Shown here: positions 30,003-44,732 of the stretch, piece by piece
Layout of the letters: the number at the start of each line of letters is the position of its first letter
Position numbering within the stretch: the first letter of the stretch is position 1
Assembly: GCA_964016885.1 (NCBI GenBank)
Contig: OZ024743.1
Location: 68,510,001 to 68,574,000, forward strand
Reading direction: 5' to 3'
DNA: 64,000 bases
Source: Eledone cirrhosa
Taxonomy: Eukaryota
Notes under the pieces: model-generated
Told to the model about the DNA's origin: nothing
What the model saw: the letters and a program-made list of their open reading frames with translations, nothing else
Database searches by the model: none
Translations under genes and position numbers: made by a program

Positions 30003-30224
30003 AAATAGAGGTGTAACACACGAGTTGTGATATATTAGTAATAGGAAAAGAAAATGCTGACAACTTTTTCTCAGTGAACAATAGTTTAATTAGGAATAAG
30101 TATAAATTAGTAATAAGTATTGGTTAATATTCAGTTTTAGTTTTAAGAATTTACCGGTTGCGCATTTCTAATGCTTTTGAAAAATAATTTTGAGATAGAG
30201 CTCTCTCTCTAAAAATCATTTTTA

Positions 30225-30314
<90 letters not shown>

Positions 30315-30855
30315 TAAAGTTAGTCCTTCATCAGTGATCTTCCAACCTTCATTGGTATTTCATCGCTTTAAAGACCATATACCTCCGGTGGGTGCGAGCA
30401 ACGACTAAAGAAAGTCGTTGGGACACGTAAATAAGGGGACGCGATGTAATGGCAACATTGAGGACCGAATAAATTAAATTACCGATATAAAAGACACAGA
30501 AGCGAAAAGTGAAAACCAACCAAACAGTTAGTGTGTTCTGTTATTAATTCTGGCAATATTACACAAATATGACCCTCCCCAAGTATAACTATATATATAA
30601 TAATTTTACTAAAATAACAGGAGGCTGTTATTTTATTTTATTTTATTTTATTTTATTTTATTTATTTTATTTTATTACGTTATTTTATTATCTTATTTTA
30701 TTATAATATTTAATTCCGTACTCATAACACAGACGAAGACGGTTGAGCTGCTTTACGTTGAATACTCTCCATATTATTACATACGGAATAACCAGCTCTA
30801 TCCAGTGGTGAACCTTCAAACCTAAATAAATATATGTATAGTAATAATAATAAAA

Positions 30856-31256
30856 TTGAAGACTAAAATCCAAAGAGGGCTCGATAAGGAAAATATATAT
30901 CAAATATATAAGAACCGTAGAGCAAATATTTATTAAAATAACAGATTAAAGTTTAAGCAAAGAATCGCTGCTTTCACCCTTAACGCGATCTTCTGAAACT
31001 AACAAAGTCAATCTGTAAACGCAGAACTGGAATTTTCAAAAACGTTGCAACCGGAGGAAGACAGGAAGACGATACTTTGGTTCGTGGTAACGTTCGCTGG
31101 CAAAAAGTATCGTCTTCCTGTCTTCCTCCGGTTGCAACGTTTTTTGAAATATCCAGTTCTGCGTTTACAGATTGACTTTGTTAGTTTCAGAAGATCCCGT
31201 TAAGGGTGAAAGCAGCGATTCTTTGCTTAAACTTTAATCTGTTATTTTAATAAATA
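30856..31256. mobile_element. Asymmetric fold-back element (~152 bp arms, ~25 bp spacer, tail on the left)
   Basis: 30926-31078 is the near-perfect reverse complement of 31104-31256, and the element abuts (TA)n. Confidence 0.8.
31183..31231 (+). ncRNA. Type I hammerhead-like motif with a CAGAAGA (U4A) core
   Basis: agttt-CAGAAGA-t ccc gttaa ggg t-GAAA-gca gcgattctt tgc-TT-aaact. All three helices pair. Confidence 0.55.
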
Positions 31257-31260
31257 TATG

Positions 31261-31324
<64 letters not shown>

Positions 31325-31447
31325 GGAGGTGAGTTTTATTGTAGTGCAATAAAGCAATGCAGATATCGGATAAGAAGCACTCTACAGTTTGTAGGACTGG
31401 AGTATACATAATATAAGATCAAAAGATGGTTAAAGGAGTTCCATGTA

Positions 31448-31514
31448 TTTTATTATGCGCATTTCAAAAACAAACATCATCATGCAATAATATTTGTGTT
31501 TTCATCAGATAAAA
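31448..31514 (-). ncRNA. Type I hammerhead motif (left arm of the palindrome)
   Basis: Mirror image of 31639-31705. Confidence 0.75.
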
Positions 31515-31638
31515 CAGGAGAACATGATATGAAGGCTAAAAAACACTTGTGGATAGTGCAGTTTTAAATCAACATATATGTTGATTTAAAACTGCACTAT
31601 CCACAAGTGTTTTTTAGCCTTCATATCATGTTCTCCTG

Positions 31639-31705
31639 TTTTATCTGATGAAAACACAAATATTATTGCATGATGATGTTTGTTTTTGAAATGCGCATAA
31701 TAAAA
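31639..31705 (+). ncRNA. Type I hammerhead motif (right arm of the palindrome)
   Basis: ttttat-CTGATGA-aaacacaaatattattgcatgatgatgtttgttttt-GAAA-tgcgca-TA-ataaaa. Helix III is the ATGCGCAT palindrome. Confidence 0.75.
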
Positions 31706-31761
31706 TACATGGAACTCCTTTAACCATCTTTTGATCTTATATTATATATATATATATATAT

Positions 31762-31881
31762 AATGGAAAAATTTGAACAGGGACAAAACAGAGAGGCAGT
31801 ACAATAAATGTTTATTAATTTCACGCTCAGGAGAGTGGGGTGTAGGTGGGGGACGACGTTTCGGGCATAAGCCCTTCCTCA
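31762..31881 (-). mobile_element. Solo 3' end of the PLE at 24985-26373, truncated within the hammerhead core
   Basis: Reverse complement of 26254-26373, flanked by TA repeats on both sides. Confidence 0.85.
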
Positions 31882-31883
31882 TA

Positions 31884-31956
<73 letters not shown>

Positions 31957-32297
31957 ATTAAGTCCAATATGTCAAATTTGGCTTCGTTTATTATAAATTA
32001 TAGATATACTGCTATATATATTTCCGTGACAGCCATCATTGGCTGCCTAGATGATGTAAAACGGAGTATTTGTATCAAAATATAGATCCGAAGGCATGGT
32101 ATAAAATTCCAATTATTTTAATCACGACACATTTTTCAATAAGAGATAGATCGATCGTGTGGCCATGATCGATCATCACTGATCTCGTCAGGTGAAAATG
32201 AATTGTCTTCAAATCCTTGATATGAGGGAGAAAATTTAACGATGTTCACTCACTAGAGATTTGTCCCCCATATTTCTCTCTCTCTCTCTCTCTCTCT

Positions 32298-32416
<119 letters not shown>

Positions 32417-32618
32417 AAAAAAGTATAAAAACATCAATCTTTTTATTATTTATCTTCTAATATTTGTAATGTTTGCATTTTTATTTCGCCAATTCATGAA
32501 CTCAATACACTATATTAGCACTACGTACACTCAACATCATTTCGCCTATCATATATCGTATTTCTTTTCATGTTATTATTATCATTAGTCATCACTATTT
32601 TACACATCCACTTACTCA

Positions 32619-32800
32619 CCGGCAGGATCGGTGGAGAGTCGGGCGCCATGCTTTCCACCATAGTTACGTCCGTTTATGGTTTGAGTTCAAATCCCACCGA
32701 GGTTAACTCTGCCTTTAATCCTTACGGAGGTCGATAAAATAAAGTACCAGTAATATACTGGTTAATTTGCTGGCCTTGTGCCAAAAGTAGAAACAATTAT
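32619..32800 (+). mobile_element. SINE family A copy
   Basis: Colinear with the family consensus. Confidence 0.8.
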
Positions 32801-32979
32801 AACATCAACTAGCACTACCACTACTACTATTATCAGTAACCATATCATTTACTTTTTTACATTTTTATCATTTTAATTTTTTATGAATTTTTATTATCTG
32901 TTATTATTGTTGTTATTGTCTTCATTCACTTGATTCTGCGATGTATCTATAAATACCAGTGCCATGTATTACACCATCC

Positions 32980-33077
32980 AGTATTCCGATGATTTGATCA
33001 GAGACACACACTGTATTTAAGGTCGAGTGATCAGCGGTCTTTAGATTCACCTGATCAATGAAACAATTGTTACTACT
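32980..33077 (+). ncRNA. Type I hammerhead-like motif, CCGATGA core, long helix II insert
   Basis: agtatt-CCGATGA-t ttgatcag...ctgatcaa t-GAAA-caattg-TT-actact, followed by AATAAA and a (TA)n tract at 33130. Confidence 0.55.
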
Positions 33078-34019
33078 ATAAATAAAACCCTTTTTGTACA
33101 GCTGACAATTTTATTCTTCACTCTTTCACTATATATATATATATATTTATGTCTGTGTGTGGAGGGGGGGTTGTACACCCGACCACGACGTCTAGCGGTT
33201 TTGGTTCTGGTCTAGTAAGCGTTTCTATGTTTATACTGAGGTATGAAGTATCCTTCTTCGAATATATGTAAAAAGCGAAGATGTCACGTCTCCTGTTCAT
33301 TATTTCCACGAGATGAATTGGCATACACAGCTGGGTTAGAAGTGATATCAGACGATGTAGAAATATCTGGAAATAATTGTAAATCTAGTCGTTTTTACAA
33401 TGTTATTATTATCTTCAAACTTTGAAATTATGGAGGCTAACTCTACTGGCAGTAATACAGTTACATATCCGTTTAATCATTCAACGCCGAATCGATCATG
33501 TAGTGGAGGAAGGTCGACGCCACTATTCGAAGTTCATTTGCGTAAAGACTTTGATGTTATGGAGAAATGTAAATTCCTAAACAGATACATCGCTCACATT
33601 TCTTTCGTTGGAAGCATAAAAAAGAGCTTTAAAATTTTTATTTGTCTGGAAAGTGACTTGATCTTTGACCATGATTTAAACTAAAGAAATTACAGCTTAG
33701 AAGAATCGTTTTAGCCATTCAAAACACGCATAAATTGTTAACTTCACTTTAGATTAATCGTTTATTTCGTGTTGTCATATATGTAGTGGTCGCGATTTCT
33801 GAGACCTTGTCACTGTCAAACTAAGTCTCAAATGGAAAAGTAGAGTTAACATGTTTTGTGTGTTTTCAAATGACTACAATGAATCTTCCACCTTTTAGTT
33901 GCTTTACTTTTAATACATGATCGCAGATCAATTCACTTACAAAGGAAGTACCGTCCCTGGGTGGCTTCACGGTCTATGTGAATGAAGAATGTAACGAAAT
34001 ATCAATTTACGTCTTCAAA

Positions 34020-34236
34020 TAATGGTTTCTTATATAGGCACAAGGCCAGTAATTTGGGGGGATGGGAAAGTCGATTAAATCGACCCTAGTGTGTGACTGG
34101 TACTTTATTTTATCGACCCCATAAGGATGAAAGGCGAAGTTAATCTCGGCGGGATTTGAGCTCAGATCATAAAGAGCCGTAACTCTATGCTGCAAATCAT
34201 GGCGTCCGACCCTCTACCGATACTGACAATCCACCG
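34020..34236 (-). mobile_element. SINE family A long variant (extra ggggtcgat...cccc segment)
   Basis: Reverse complement of the consensus with a ~30 bp longer 3' body. Confidence 0.8.
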
Positions 34237-35018
34237 TACTCTACGCCTTCAAATAATACAATATTGCATACAATATGAAATGGAAGTTGCTAATGATGTA
34301 AACCATACAGAAAGGAACCAAATATTCCGTGTTATGTACTGCTGAACCATTTTGCAAACTGTTGAATCTCAGTATACCCGCAGACAATTTAAATATAAGA
34401 ATAGAGGTATATCACATCTTTAGTCAATTCAATAAAGATTTACTGAAACACAGAAAGATTATATCACCATCTAGCTGAATGGATTACTACTTATCTATTT
34501 ACCAGGAGACATTATTTTATTTCCATCCTCGGTTTTAATCGATATATTTAATACCCCTATACTAAGATAGTATTTGTTTCTACGTGTTAGGTAATTATGC
34601 TGTCAATCCCTGCTGCCAACACATTATATTATGTATGTTCATAACAAAATACTAATTTAGTCTTTAATCTTTAAACTTTCTCTTAGATTCTTTATTTCAT
34701 TACTTTCATATAGTTCCAATTCATTTCCCTAATTTTAACTTCTATTAGTTTATTAAGATTAAATCCACCTATTTACCAACAATAACAACTAAAATTCGAT
34801 TATAATTAACATGTTCTTTCAACTTTATCATTGTTAGCCAGCTCAAGAGAAATAACTAAATCTTGATTAATATTCATACGTAACGAGTAATTCCCCATTA
34901 CCAAAACATCACGTGTCATGTACACAGACACCCTTGTATATATATATATGCGTGTCTGTGTATGTGTGTGTATGTGTGTGTGTGTGTTATCTATGCGTAT
35001 CTGTGTGTATACATGAAC

Positions 35019-35064
<46 letters not shown>

Positions 35065-35085
35065 GTATATATGTATGTATATAAT

Positions 35086-35132
<47 letters not shown>

Positions 35133-35224
35133 ATATATATATGTGTGTGTGCGCGCGCGCGTGTTTGTGTGTATGTGTGTCTGTGTAGTTTGTGACATTT
35201 TTCCTATTTGTATGGACATAAAAT

Positions 35225-35920
35225 AATAGTTTCTTATACAAGCCAAGGTAAAAAGAAACTGGGAGAAGTTAAGTTGATTATATCGACCCCAGTACTTATA
35301 TGGCACAATTTATTGATTCCGCCACTCTATTGCCCTACATGGGCAGAAACAAATACTTTCTAAAATAGACACGGGCCTAGTAATTTGAAAGAATGAGTAA
35401 GTAGATTTTATCGACGTCAATACTTTACTTTATCGAAGCTGGAATAATAAAAGGCAAATCTCGTATCGGCATAAAGGGCCGTAACTCAAAACTACTAAGC
35501 CCTTTGATCAGTGTTCTAATTATTCCACCAATCCAGTGCCCTATATAGACACAGCTTTATGTTTTCCAATGAAGGAAGAGAGACATGAATTTGAGGGAGG
35601 GGATAGCCTATTAATCGACACAGTACTTGTGGAATATTATATTTTATCGACGCTAGAGTGAGGATTTCACCAAATCCTTTAGGCCGACTCTCTAATGATT
35701 CGCCCAGTCCATCGGCTGAAGACGTTTTCTAATTTAAGCAGAGGACTATATATTCTGTTAGGGGTAAAATCGGTTAGGTCAACTCTGGTACTTAAATGGT
35801 TCTGTATTTCTCACTTGACGTGAGAGATGAAATTGATCTTGGCGACATTTGGACAGAATATGTAAAAGCCCGTATCTAATTGCAACCAATCACTTTGTCC
35901 GATGCTCTACCGATTCCACA
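35225..35920 (-). mobile_element. Cluster of about 4 old, decayed SINE family A (long variant) fragments
   Basis: Recurrent tttct...cac/aaggcc, tatcgac(c)...tactt and ...ctctaccgattcc motifs. Confidence 0.55.
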
Positions 35921-36122
35921 CCTGTCCAGCGGCCAGCAGGACATAACCTTATAGCAACAACATGTTAGGTTTGTGTACACTCTCAGCGATTAAATATCTC
36001 GACCAGGTGAAATAATATATAAACATACATACATACATACTCACACACAAACACACACACATACATACATACATACTCACACATACACATATATATATGA
36101 ATATATAATATATATATATATT

Positions 36123-36174
<52 letters not shown>

Positions 36175-36264
36175 GAATATATATATATATATATATAATA
36201 CATATATATATACATATATATATATATACATACATATATATATATATACATATATACATATACA

Positions 36265-36316
<52 letters not shown>

Positions 36317-36323
36317 TACATAC

Positions 36324-36384
<61 letters not shown>

Positions 36385-37224
36385 CCCCCCCCCCCACCTC
36401 CACCCCCACCCCACCCCACACACATATATATATATTTGTTCATTAAATATTATATATAGAGCACAGTTTACAAACGTTGGTCGTGTATGTATACTACCAA
36501 ACCGTCACCGACTTTGCAATAGACACAAAGAGGTAATTATCCGCCATCTTCTTCTCCTAGCTCGTTTCCTCTGCTATGTGTTATATCACAAAAATCTCTA
36601 TTTGATTTACTGGAAGGTTAGGACTATTTTCTCAAGAAGTTAATTAAGTCACATTTTTCGTATTAATTCTCACATCCACCAGCATACATGTGTACGCTTT
36701 CATTCAAGGCTTATAATGATACAAATATACACAATTTCATAAAATATATAGTCTCCTATGTAATATAGAGCCAGACGCCTACTTACTCATATAAAATATA
36801 CACACATGTAATTTCATATAATAGATACATTTTGGTATGAGTATATAACTTCATAGAATCTCACAAAACACATTTATACAGAGAAATGTTTTAGTATGTT
36901 ATCCTCGGATACCATTTTATAATATATTTAGATTTTTTTTATTTCTCTATATATATATATATTCTTTTTTTTGTATAGCTCAATGAAGTCACACACATGT
37001 GTTCCGCAATTATTCAAGTTTATACGTTATACACACCCGTTCAACTATATACATTATATACAGAGGCACTTTGATAGAAACTTATAAGCACTGAATGAAT
37101 GTTTATATTCATTCAGTCATATAAAATATATACAACCATTCAGTTTTATACATTATATGTATCAATGCTTTAATAAACAATATATACACCCTTACACCAT
37201 CATTCCATCAAACATTCAGGCATA

Positions 37225-37262
<38 letters not shown>

Positions 37263-37364
37263 CTATTCAAGTACATACAACATGCCAACACACATTCAAG
37301 TAAATGCAATATATACACTCATAGTATTCTTTGCATTACATACTCTCTCTCCCCTCACCCCCCT

Positions 37365-37397
<33 letters not shown>

Positions 37398-37406
37398 TAC
37401 ACACGC

Positions 37407-37503
<97 letters not shown>

Positions 37504-37504
37504 G

Positions 37505-37577
<73 letters not shown>

Positions 37578-37677
37578 TGTAAATTAATCAATAGCAGTAT
37601 ATCTGTATTGTATGAATGTTTATGTATGTATTGTATATGATGGAATGAATATATACATAAAGTATTGTATGAGATTG

Positions 37678-37762
<85 letters not shown>

Positions 37763-38095
37763 CGTAAGGAATAATATGACTGTATATAGTATATAGACGC
37801 ATTCAATCATATATATTATACATATGTACGCACACCTACATATATTATATATAGATATCTGTATGTCTGTGCGAGTGAGTTTTACTTAGATAACTCAACA
37901 CAACAAAAAGCAAAACAACTCAAAACACGCCAAAACAAATCACAAAAACACAACCACCTAGTAAATAAAATTAATCTGAAAATTATGGCTACAACAGAGA
38001 TATCCCTGCACCGTATACTCCCCCACACCCTACATTTGACAACATAGCCGGCATCCTTGTCCAAACAGTATCAGAGGCATTATACAATATATAAA

Positions 38096-38230
38096 ATGGC
38101 TTCCAAAAACAGAAAGCCAAGCTAACAATAAAACAAAAGGTGAAACTAATGAAAAAGAAACCACACAGAAGACAATTAGCTAAGGAAATAGAATTATCAA
38201 TCAGAACCACAGTAAAAATGGCTGACCTGA
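38096..38230 (+). mobile_element. Possible pogo/Tigger transposase N-terminal HTH remnant
   Basis: MASKNRK then, after a frameshift, KLTIKQKVKLM...RRQLAKEIELSIRTTV. This resembles the CENP-B/Tigger N-terminal HTH. Confidence 0.35.
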
Positions 38231-38244
38231 AAGATTATGCCGAA

Positions 38245-38350
38245 GATTGAAAGATAATTTCATGTGTTTCATCAAACGTTCTCCAGAAAAGTTATGAAGA
38301 TCAGCTGGCAACACCAGATTACAAATGAAAAGATCCTGAGAATATAAATG
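38245..38350 (+). mobile_element. Decayed RTE-clade LINE fragment
   Basis: FHQ.../LQKVMKISWQHQITNEKIL resembles the RTE C-terminal motif FH.RCLR.IL.I.W.D.ITNE.VL. Confidence 0.45.
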
Positions 38351-38978
38351 TCTTCACCGCCGCAAGAAATATTTGCGGAGGTATTGTGTCGCCTGAATGG
38401 CTATGTTATCCGTCTAAACCTTCCCCGACACACGGAAACTGTGTTAAAATGGATAACTCCTTGGAGCCCACAGGGAAAGTAGCGGACCGAAATTAACCTG
38501 ACGGGGAATATTTCAGCGTTTCACGATGACAAGATGGCCGTAAATATCATATGGAATTGATGTGAATATTCATCTCAGTAGATTGTGTATGTTGACGGAT
38601 GTGTGTTGCGCAATGCGCTACCCAACGTAGGAGGATGTAGGGTTAAAGTTATATATATATATTCGCCGTCATATGTGTGTGGTATAGCGTTCAGTTCGAG
38701 TATATATGCACACACACACACACACACAGATTTTTCCAAGTAAAAAAGTGAGGATATTTTTGTCTACTGAATTTTGTAAAAAGATTAAAGACATTATTTA
38801 AATATTCACTTCCTTAAAATTTCAAATGTCAACACTTCCGGTTATACGTCATTCCTCACTTTTTCTTATGACGTCGCACAACATTCCCCTCTTTTTCTTA
38901 GTCTGTATATCTGGCTGTCTGCATTAGATAACGTTTTTCGAAATATTTACTACTGCGTTCACAGACTAATTTTTTTTA

Positions 38979-39046
38979 TTTCAGAAGATCCCGTTAAGGG
39001 TGAAAGCAGCGATTTTGTGCTTAAACTTTAATCTGTTATTTTAATA
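38979..39046 (+). ncRNA. Third copy of the CAGAAGA hammerhead-like unit
   Basis: tttcagaagatcccgttaagggtgaaagcagcgattttgtgcttaaact, then TA repeat. Confidence 0.5.
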
Positions 39047-39149
39047 TATATATTCGTGAACAGATATTTTTGCATACACAAAAACAAAAACCTATTTATT
39101 TCACGAAAGCACAGACGGGTTATCGTCATTGTTACTGTTCGAGGTTAGA

Positions 39150-39843
39150 GGACCACAGTGTTTCCAAGATCTGAGTACCATCAAGAAGCATCAACTGCTA
39201 AAGTCCCTTGTCAGCTGCGAAAATATTTTGCTATAATGCTGCACAACTGCGATCTCGTCGACCCTCTCACAATGTGGAACAACCACCGCGAAAGTCTAGC
39301 TGAGCACATCCTCCACCGCACACGCAGACACAATCAGAACGTAACATACGATGTCGTTTTCAATGAGGCGCTCATTTTTTTTGAAAACAGTGTCCTGGAG
39401 ATTAGCGGTAGGCCTCTAAGTCACTACAGTTTACCTGCTCCTGACAGGAGTGGCCGGAGGTCAACGTCTACAGAGCTGCTCCGCGAGACGAGCTACGAGA
39501 TCAGTGATTCTCCCATGGTCAATTGTATGTAGGATGCTCTGGGGTGAGCTTGCCAAACATATTTTCTGTTACTTGCAATTTCCATTATGGTTGTACAAAT
39601 TATTGTTTCTTAAAAAAGTTGTTCTCTGTTCAGCCTGTATAGTTGTAAAAATAAATTTTCTTTAACGTACTGGCTGCTGAACTGGAGAATCCTAAAAACT
39701 ATTCAAATCTAACATCAGAGCACGTTAAGCCCCCCACCCCACCCCCTCGCTGACTTAAGAGGTATCTGCGGTATCTTTGCACTAGAGTGTAGGGGGGATT
39801 CCTGAAAAGATAAAACGCTGGAATACCTAGCCGGGCCAGCTAT
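39150..39843 (+). mobile_element. Helitron fragment (Rep-Pif1 linker coding remnant 39170-39500, probable 3' end near 39840)
   Basis: P.QLRKYFAIML.NC...DPLTMW.....LAEHIL.R.R...FNEALIFFEN.......L..Y.LPAP.R is typical of Helitron RepHel. The terminal gccgggccagcta is CTAG-like. Confidence 0.7.
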
Positions 39844-40422
39844 TATATATATATAATCTAGTCTAGTTAATACATAAAATTGTGGGATATTCAATATAAT
39901 GAAAGTTTCAGAAGGACGTGCCATGCGGTTGAAAATTATAAAGGGCCAATGAGAATAAATGAAACCAAACAAAGGAATATTTTACTCATTGTATTTAGAC
40001 ATAGGCTATTACTGATGTCGCAGCTAAGACATTAAGTTCACTATAGAGGTAAAAGGGGATGGGTAATAAACGCAATTTAAGAATCAAAGATTTCATTATC
40101 ATCAAGCGGAAAAAAACTTAGACAACAAATTGATTGGAAATGCACAAGGAAGACTAGTGACTATAACGAACTCACGTGTGTGTATTTTAGACATGTAGGT
40201 CACTCAAAGAAAAGTTAGTTTTGTTTTGATCAGTTTCAGCTCCAGATCAGAAAGAAAAGTATTAGCCATAGAATATGCTGAAATACACTGGGTAAAACAT
40301 TATCATTGGTTTTATTTGTTATCATTTGCACTTTATATTTTTCTGACGAATTTTGAAACCTATCCGTCTTTTATTACATACACACACACACACGCACACG
40401 CACACACATACACACACATACA

Positions 40423-40476
<54 letters not shown>

Positions 40477-40671
40477 CACATATATATATGTGCGTGACTG
40501 AGTGTTTGTGTGTACGCGAAATTGTGGGATGTGTATATATATGGGTGTGTCCTACGACTGGGGCTATTACATGTATAAAATGAGAAATCTCTCTGTCTCT
40601 CTCTCTATCTATCTATCTATCTATCTCTCTTTCTATATATATATATATGTGTGTGAGTGTGTGTGTGGGTA

Positions 40672-40702
<31 letters not shown>

Positions 40703-40882
40703 GTACTTATATAACAGGGTTTGCTGAAAAGTTCATTGACTTACTGTGAAGGAATGATGCGAGAGATGTGCAATGTTTCTTTGTCATTCCATGAGAGTAT
40801 CTTCCTCAATTTATCAACTTTACCCTTCATACACATATACACACAAACATTCAAACACACACACATACTTACACATACACAC

Positions 40883-40957
<75 letters not shown>

Positions 40958-40960
<3 letters not shown>

Positions 40961-41298
40961 AAGGATAGAGACTCCCTTCGGTCAAGGATGACAATGGGAT
41001 TTGCATCTAGAAAGTTCTCCTTTAAGGCAAAGTCCTTGCAAGATTGTTTGTGGAAGACGAGCAGTCGGCCATACCAATCTCCACTCTCCACCCCATCGAT
41101 GCTGTCCAAGGGAATGGCAATGACCGATAAAGATTGGCACTAGTGACATTGCAACTCATTTCTACAGATGAGTAAGCTGGAGCAACATGAAATAAAGTGT
41201 CTTGCTCAAAGACACAGCGCATCCCCAAGTCTGAGAATCAAACTCACAACCTCACGATTGCTAGCCCTACGCTCTAAACATTAAGCCATATGGCTTCA
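40958..41298 (-). mobile_element. tRNA-derived SINE, family B
   Basis: Reverse complement: TGGCTTAATG A-box, GAGTTTGATTC B-box, tgtgtctttgagcaagacactttatttcatgttgctccag core. A core fragment recurs at ~46547-46572. Confidence 0.7.
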
Positions 41299-41325
41299 TA
41301 AATGAATAAATAGATAAATAAATAA

Positions 41326-41401
<76 letters not shown>

Positions 41402-41415
41402 GAATATATATATGA

Positions 41416-41499
<84 letters not shown>

Positions 41500-42172
41500 T
41501 CTCGTGTGTTGTCTTAATAACAACCATATAAAAACAAATTTAAACAAATACATACACATACAACATGAAATTCTATCCAGTAATTGTGTTTGGTGAAAAT
41601 GCCAAACTCGATTTCTAATTGAATTAACAGTCTTTGTTTTACGACATTACACATTTTGCGAAGCCGTTTGTTGACGAATTTGGAGTTATAGAGATAAGAA
41701 AATGACGGGATATTATGTTTATCATAAATGTGTCTTCCATTCTTCTCACATTCACATCAATATTGATGATCTATGATTTTTTTGACGATATAGTATCTGG
41801 TTGTTCGATCAACGGATTATCCATCTCCACACTTTATGTGTAGGTAGCTGTATATTCCACGCCACGGGCAAGCTTATATTCAACATTATTCCGAACCAGA
41901 ACCAGAGTGATACAATATGTGACAAGGACAGAATTTCAATTACAGCTGTACGCCATCTTGTATTATAGTGGAGGGGGATGAGTATTCCACAGACAACCCT
42001 ACACCTAAAGTAAATCCCAAGCCAGAACAACAACAATGTGAGGCGAGACTGAACATCTGGAATTACTATTATAAATCCTCTATGCGAGCATCCACACAGT
42101 TTCCGTTGACGTCAACTTTGTCTGACATCCTTACGAAATCGATTAAAAAAGTGCCAGTCCATTACTAGGTCC

Positions 42173-42248
<76 letters not shown>

Positions 42249-43237
42249 GTGAGGCTGTTATGTTTCCAACAGGATTCACATTTCCATACAAAAAAAATTG
42301 CATTGTCAGCACGAATTCCAGATGTCTCCGCTGGATTTGCTAGAAATAGTATTCAAATCTCACTTAAATCACACGTTGCCATCAAAAGTAAGAAATATTT
42401 GCATATTGTAATCCTAAATAAACTATATCTACAAATAAAACTCCTCTCAATGCGCTTCGGATGATATCACCTCATACCGCTACCAGGAATCAACTATTCC
42501 GTGTTATAAACTAAACCCTATACCTATGTCCACGTTATACTTCTCTCTATACCAGCTATTAAACTAGGCTCTTGCAAAAGAACGCGAAGAGTCCCCTAAA
42601 AAGGTACTCGAATGTTTATAACAGGGGACTCTTCAATCAGACAAAAGGCATTGGATCCTTTCTAATGCTGGTTCCACATTAAAGCAGACAGTAAAGGGGT
42701 TCACCATCCAGTCGCAGGAATCATGTCAAATATTTAGAAGGGATTCTTCTGTTCTGTGAAAGACATGACCACTTCCCTTGGGCGTGTCCCACGATAAAAT
42801 GCACTCAATTTACTTTGAAAATGGAGTTTGCGATACGAATGAGATCCAGCGGTAGAACAGATATTTAAATCAAATACATTTTAGCAGGCCGTGACCTCCC
42901 GGTCCTAATTTGAGTAGAGTAAATATGTATACCATAACTAGAAAGAAACGACCTTTGATAAATACTTTCCAGTAGGAACCCAATTCGAAGGTCCCGATAT
43001 CCAAGAAACCTAATTTCATATCGAAACAGTATATTTGTATTAACTATGATATTTTACACAAATCTAATTGTAACGCCCTTCGTATTGGTACACATTTACG
43101 CTAGATTCCAGCTTCTTAGACACAAATATAATGATTTCTAATTTACGCCGAAAGTCATCAAATTTGGGAGGATGGGTAAATTTGAGTAAAACAACCTCAG
43201 GACTTCTGTGGTATATTATCTTATCGATTTCAGTAGT

Positions 43238-43418
43238 TTGGCAATATCGGTAGAGAGTCAGACACCATGCTTTGCAGCATACAGTTATGGCCCTTTAAGT
43301 TCTGAGTTCAAATCCTACCGAAGTTAACTTTGCATTTGATCCTTACGGGGTCAATAAAATCAGCACCAGTAATACACTGGGATAATTGCTGGCCTTGTGC
43401 CAAAAGTAGATACATTTA
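43238..43418 (+). mobile_element. SINE family A copy
   Basis: Colinear with the family consensus. Confidence 0.8.
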
Positions 43419-44374
43419 TCTTATCGTTCTCGGTAAATCTTCAGTTGTAGTTAAGTTCTGTATACCTAATCACATAGAAACATCGAGGAAGATCATTGTG
43501 TCCAAATAAATGACCTAAATAAACCCTGCATGAATGTGGGATTTGATCCGCAAAATTCTGGAGTGTTCTGGTTCTATACCAAAAGGTTTTAATGATTTTG
43601 AATGGTAAATAATTTCGCTTCATAATCATAACATCCAGTTACTGAAGTTATAGCCTGGTATTTGGGAATATTGTTATTAGTTGTTAAGATTGATAAAATG
43701 AAGTGGACTGAATCTGTATGGAAACTCATCAGATAGATTGTACGGGTAATTCAACCGCCCAGCCTTATCACACATTAAATTAAACTCAGTCATGCTGACT
43801 CGGATTACTAATTACGTGCCCGTGGAATACTCAGCCTTACAAACATTGATTCACAAATTCTTGATCCAATTCATGGAGCAACTGAATGAGCATCGTCGAA
43901 ATAGACTGAGTATCTCCCACATAAAGAAACAGCAGCACATAAATATTTATGGGGGGGGGGTAGTATTACATCATGGCACTCACTTAAGTTATATGAAACC
44001 TTATTAGTTGTTGGGCACTGAAGTGTGTTTTGGCTTTGATGTGGAAGGCTGTTCTCTGAGCAAGAAATGTCCTGGGGCGAATCACTAATATTAACTTAAA
44101 TTGATTGTTCGTGTCATATCTATATTTGAGCAGGAGAATTATAACTAGCTATATTTGAGCTACGTGTTCTATAGGAGATCTAAAGGAGATCCACACAAAA
44201 TACGTAAAGAGAAGAACATTTTTGCGAGCAAATCATCTTACTCCACGATAATTGCATCCGATATTAAAAAGAAGGCGAAAACAAAATAGATATCATGCAT
44301 TTCCTGACGACAGAAAATGATTTGTTAAAGTCCCATCGGGATAAACCACGTTATTTCGGAAAATATGCTAGCCA

Positions 44375-44376
<2 letters not shown>

Positions 44377-44433
<57 letters not shown>

Positions 44434-44455
44434 TAATATATATATATATATATAC

Positions 44456-44490
<35 letters not shown>

Positions 44491-44624
44491 ATGTATGTAT
44501 ATATAAATACATACATATATATATGTATATATATCTATGTATATATACGCATACATATATAAATGTGTGTATATTTACACATGTATCTATATATATATAC
44601 ATATATAAATATATATATATACAA

Positions 44625-44688
<64 letters not shown>

Positions 44689-44693
44689 ATCAT

Positions 44694-44732
<39 letters not shown>

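Larger units (their letters stand above)
31321..31745. mobile_element. Perfect 338 bp palindrome (31408-31745) plus ~87 bp tail; Penelope-like pLTR element in (TA)n
   Basis: Centre aacata|tatgtt at 31576/31577. I found no mismatch between the arms by eye. A single-arm copy lies at 60670-60898. Confidence 0.85.
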
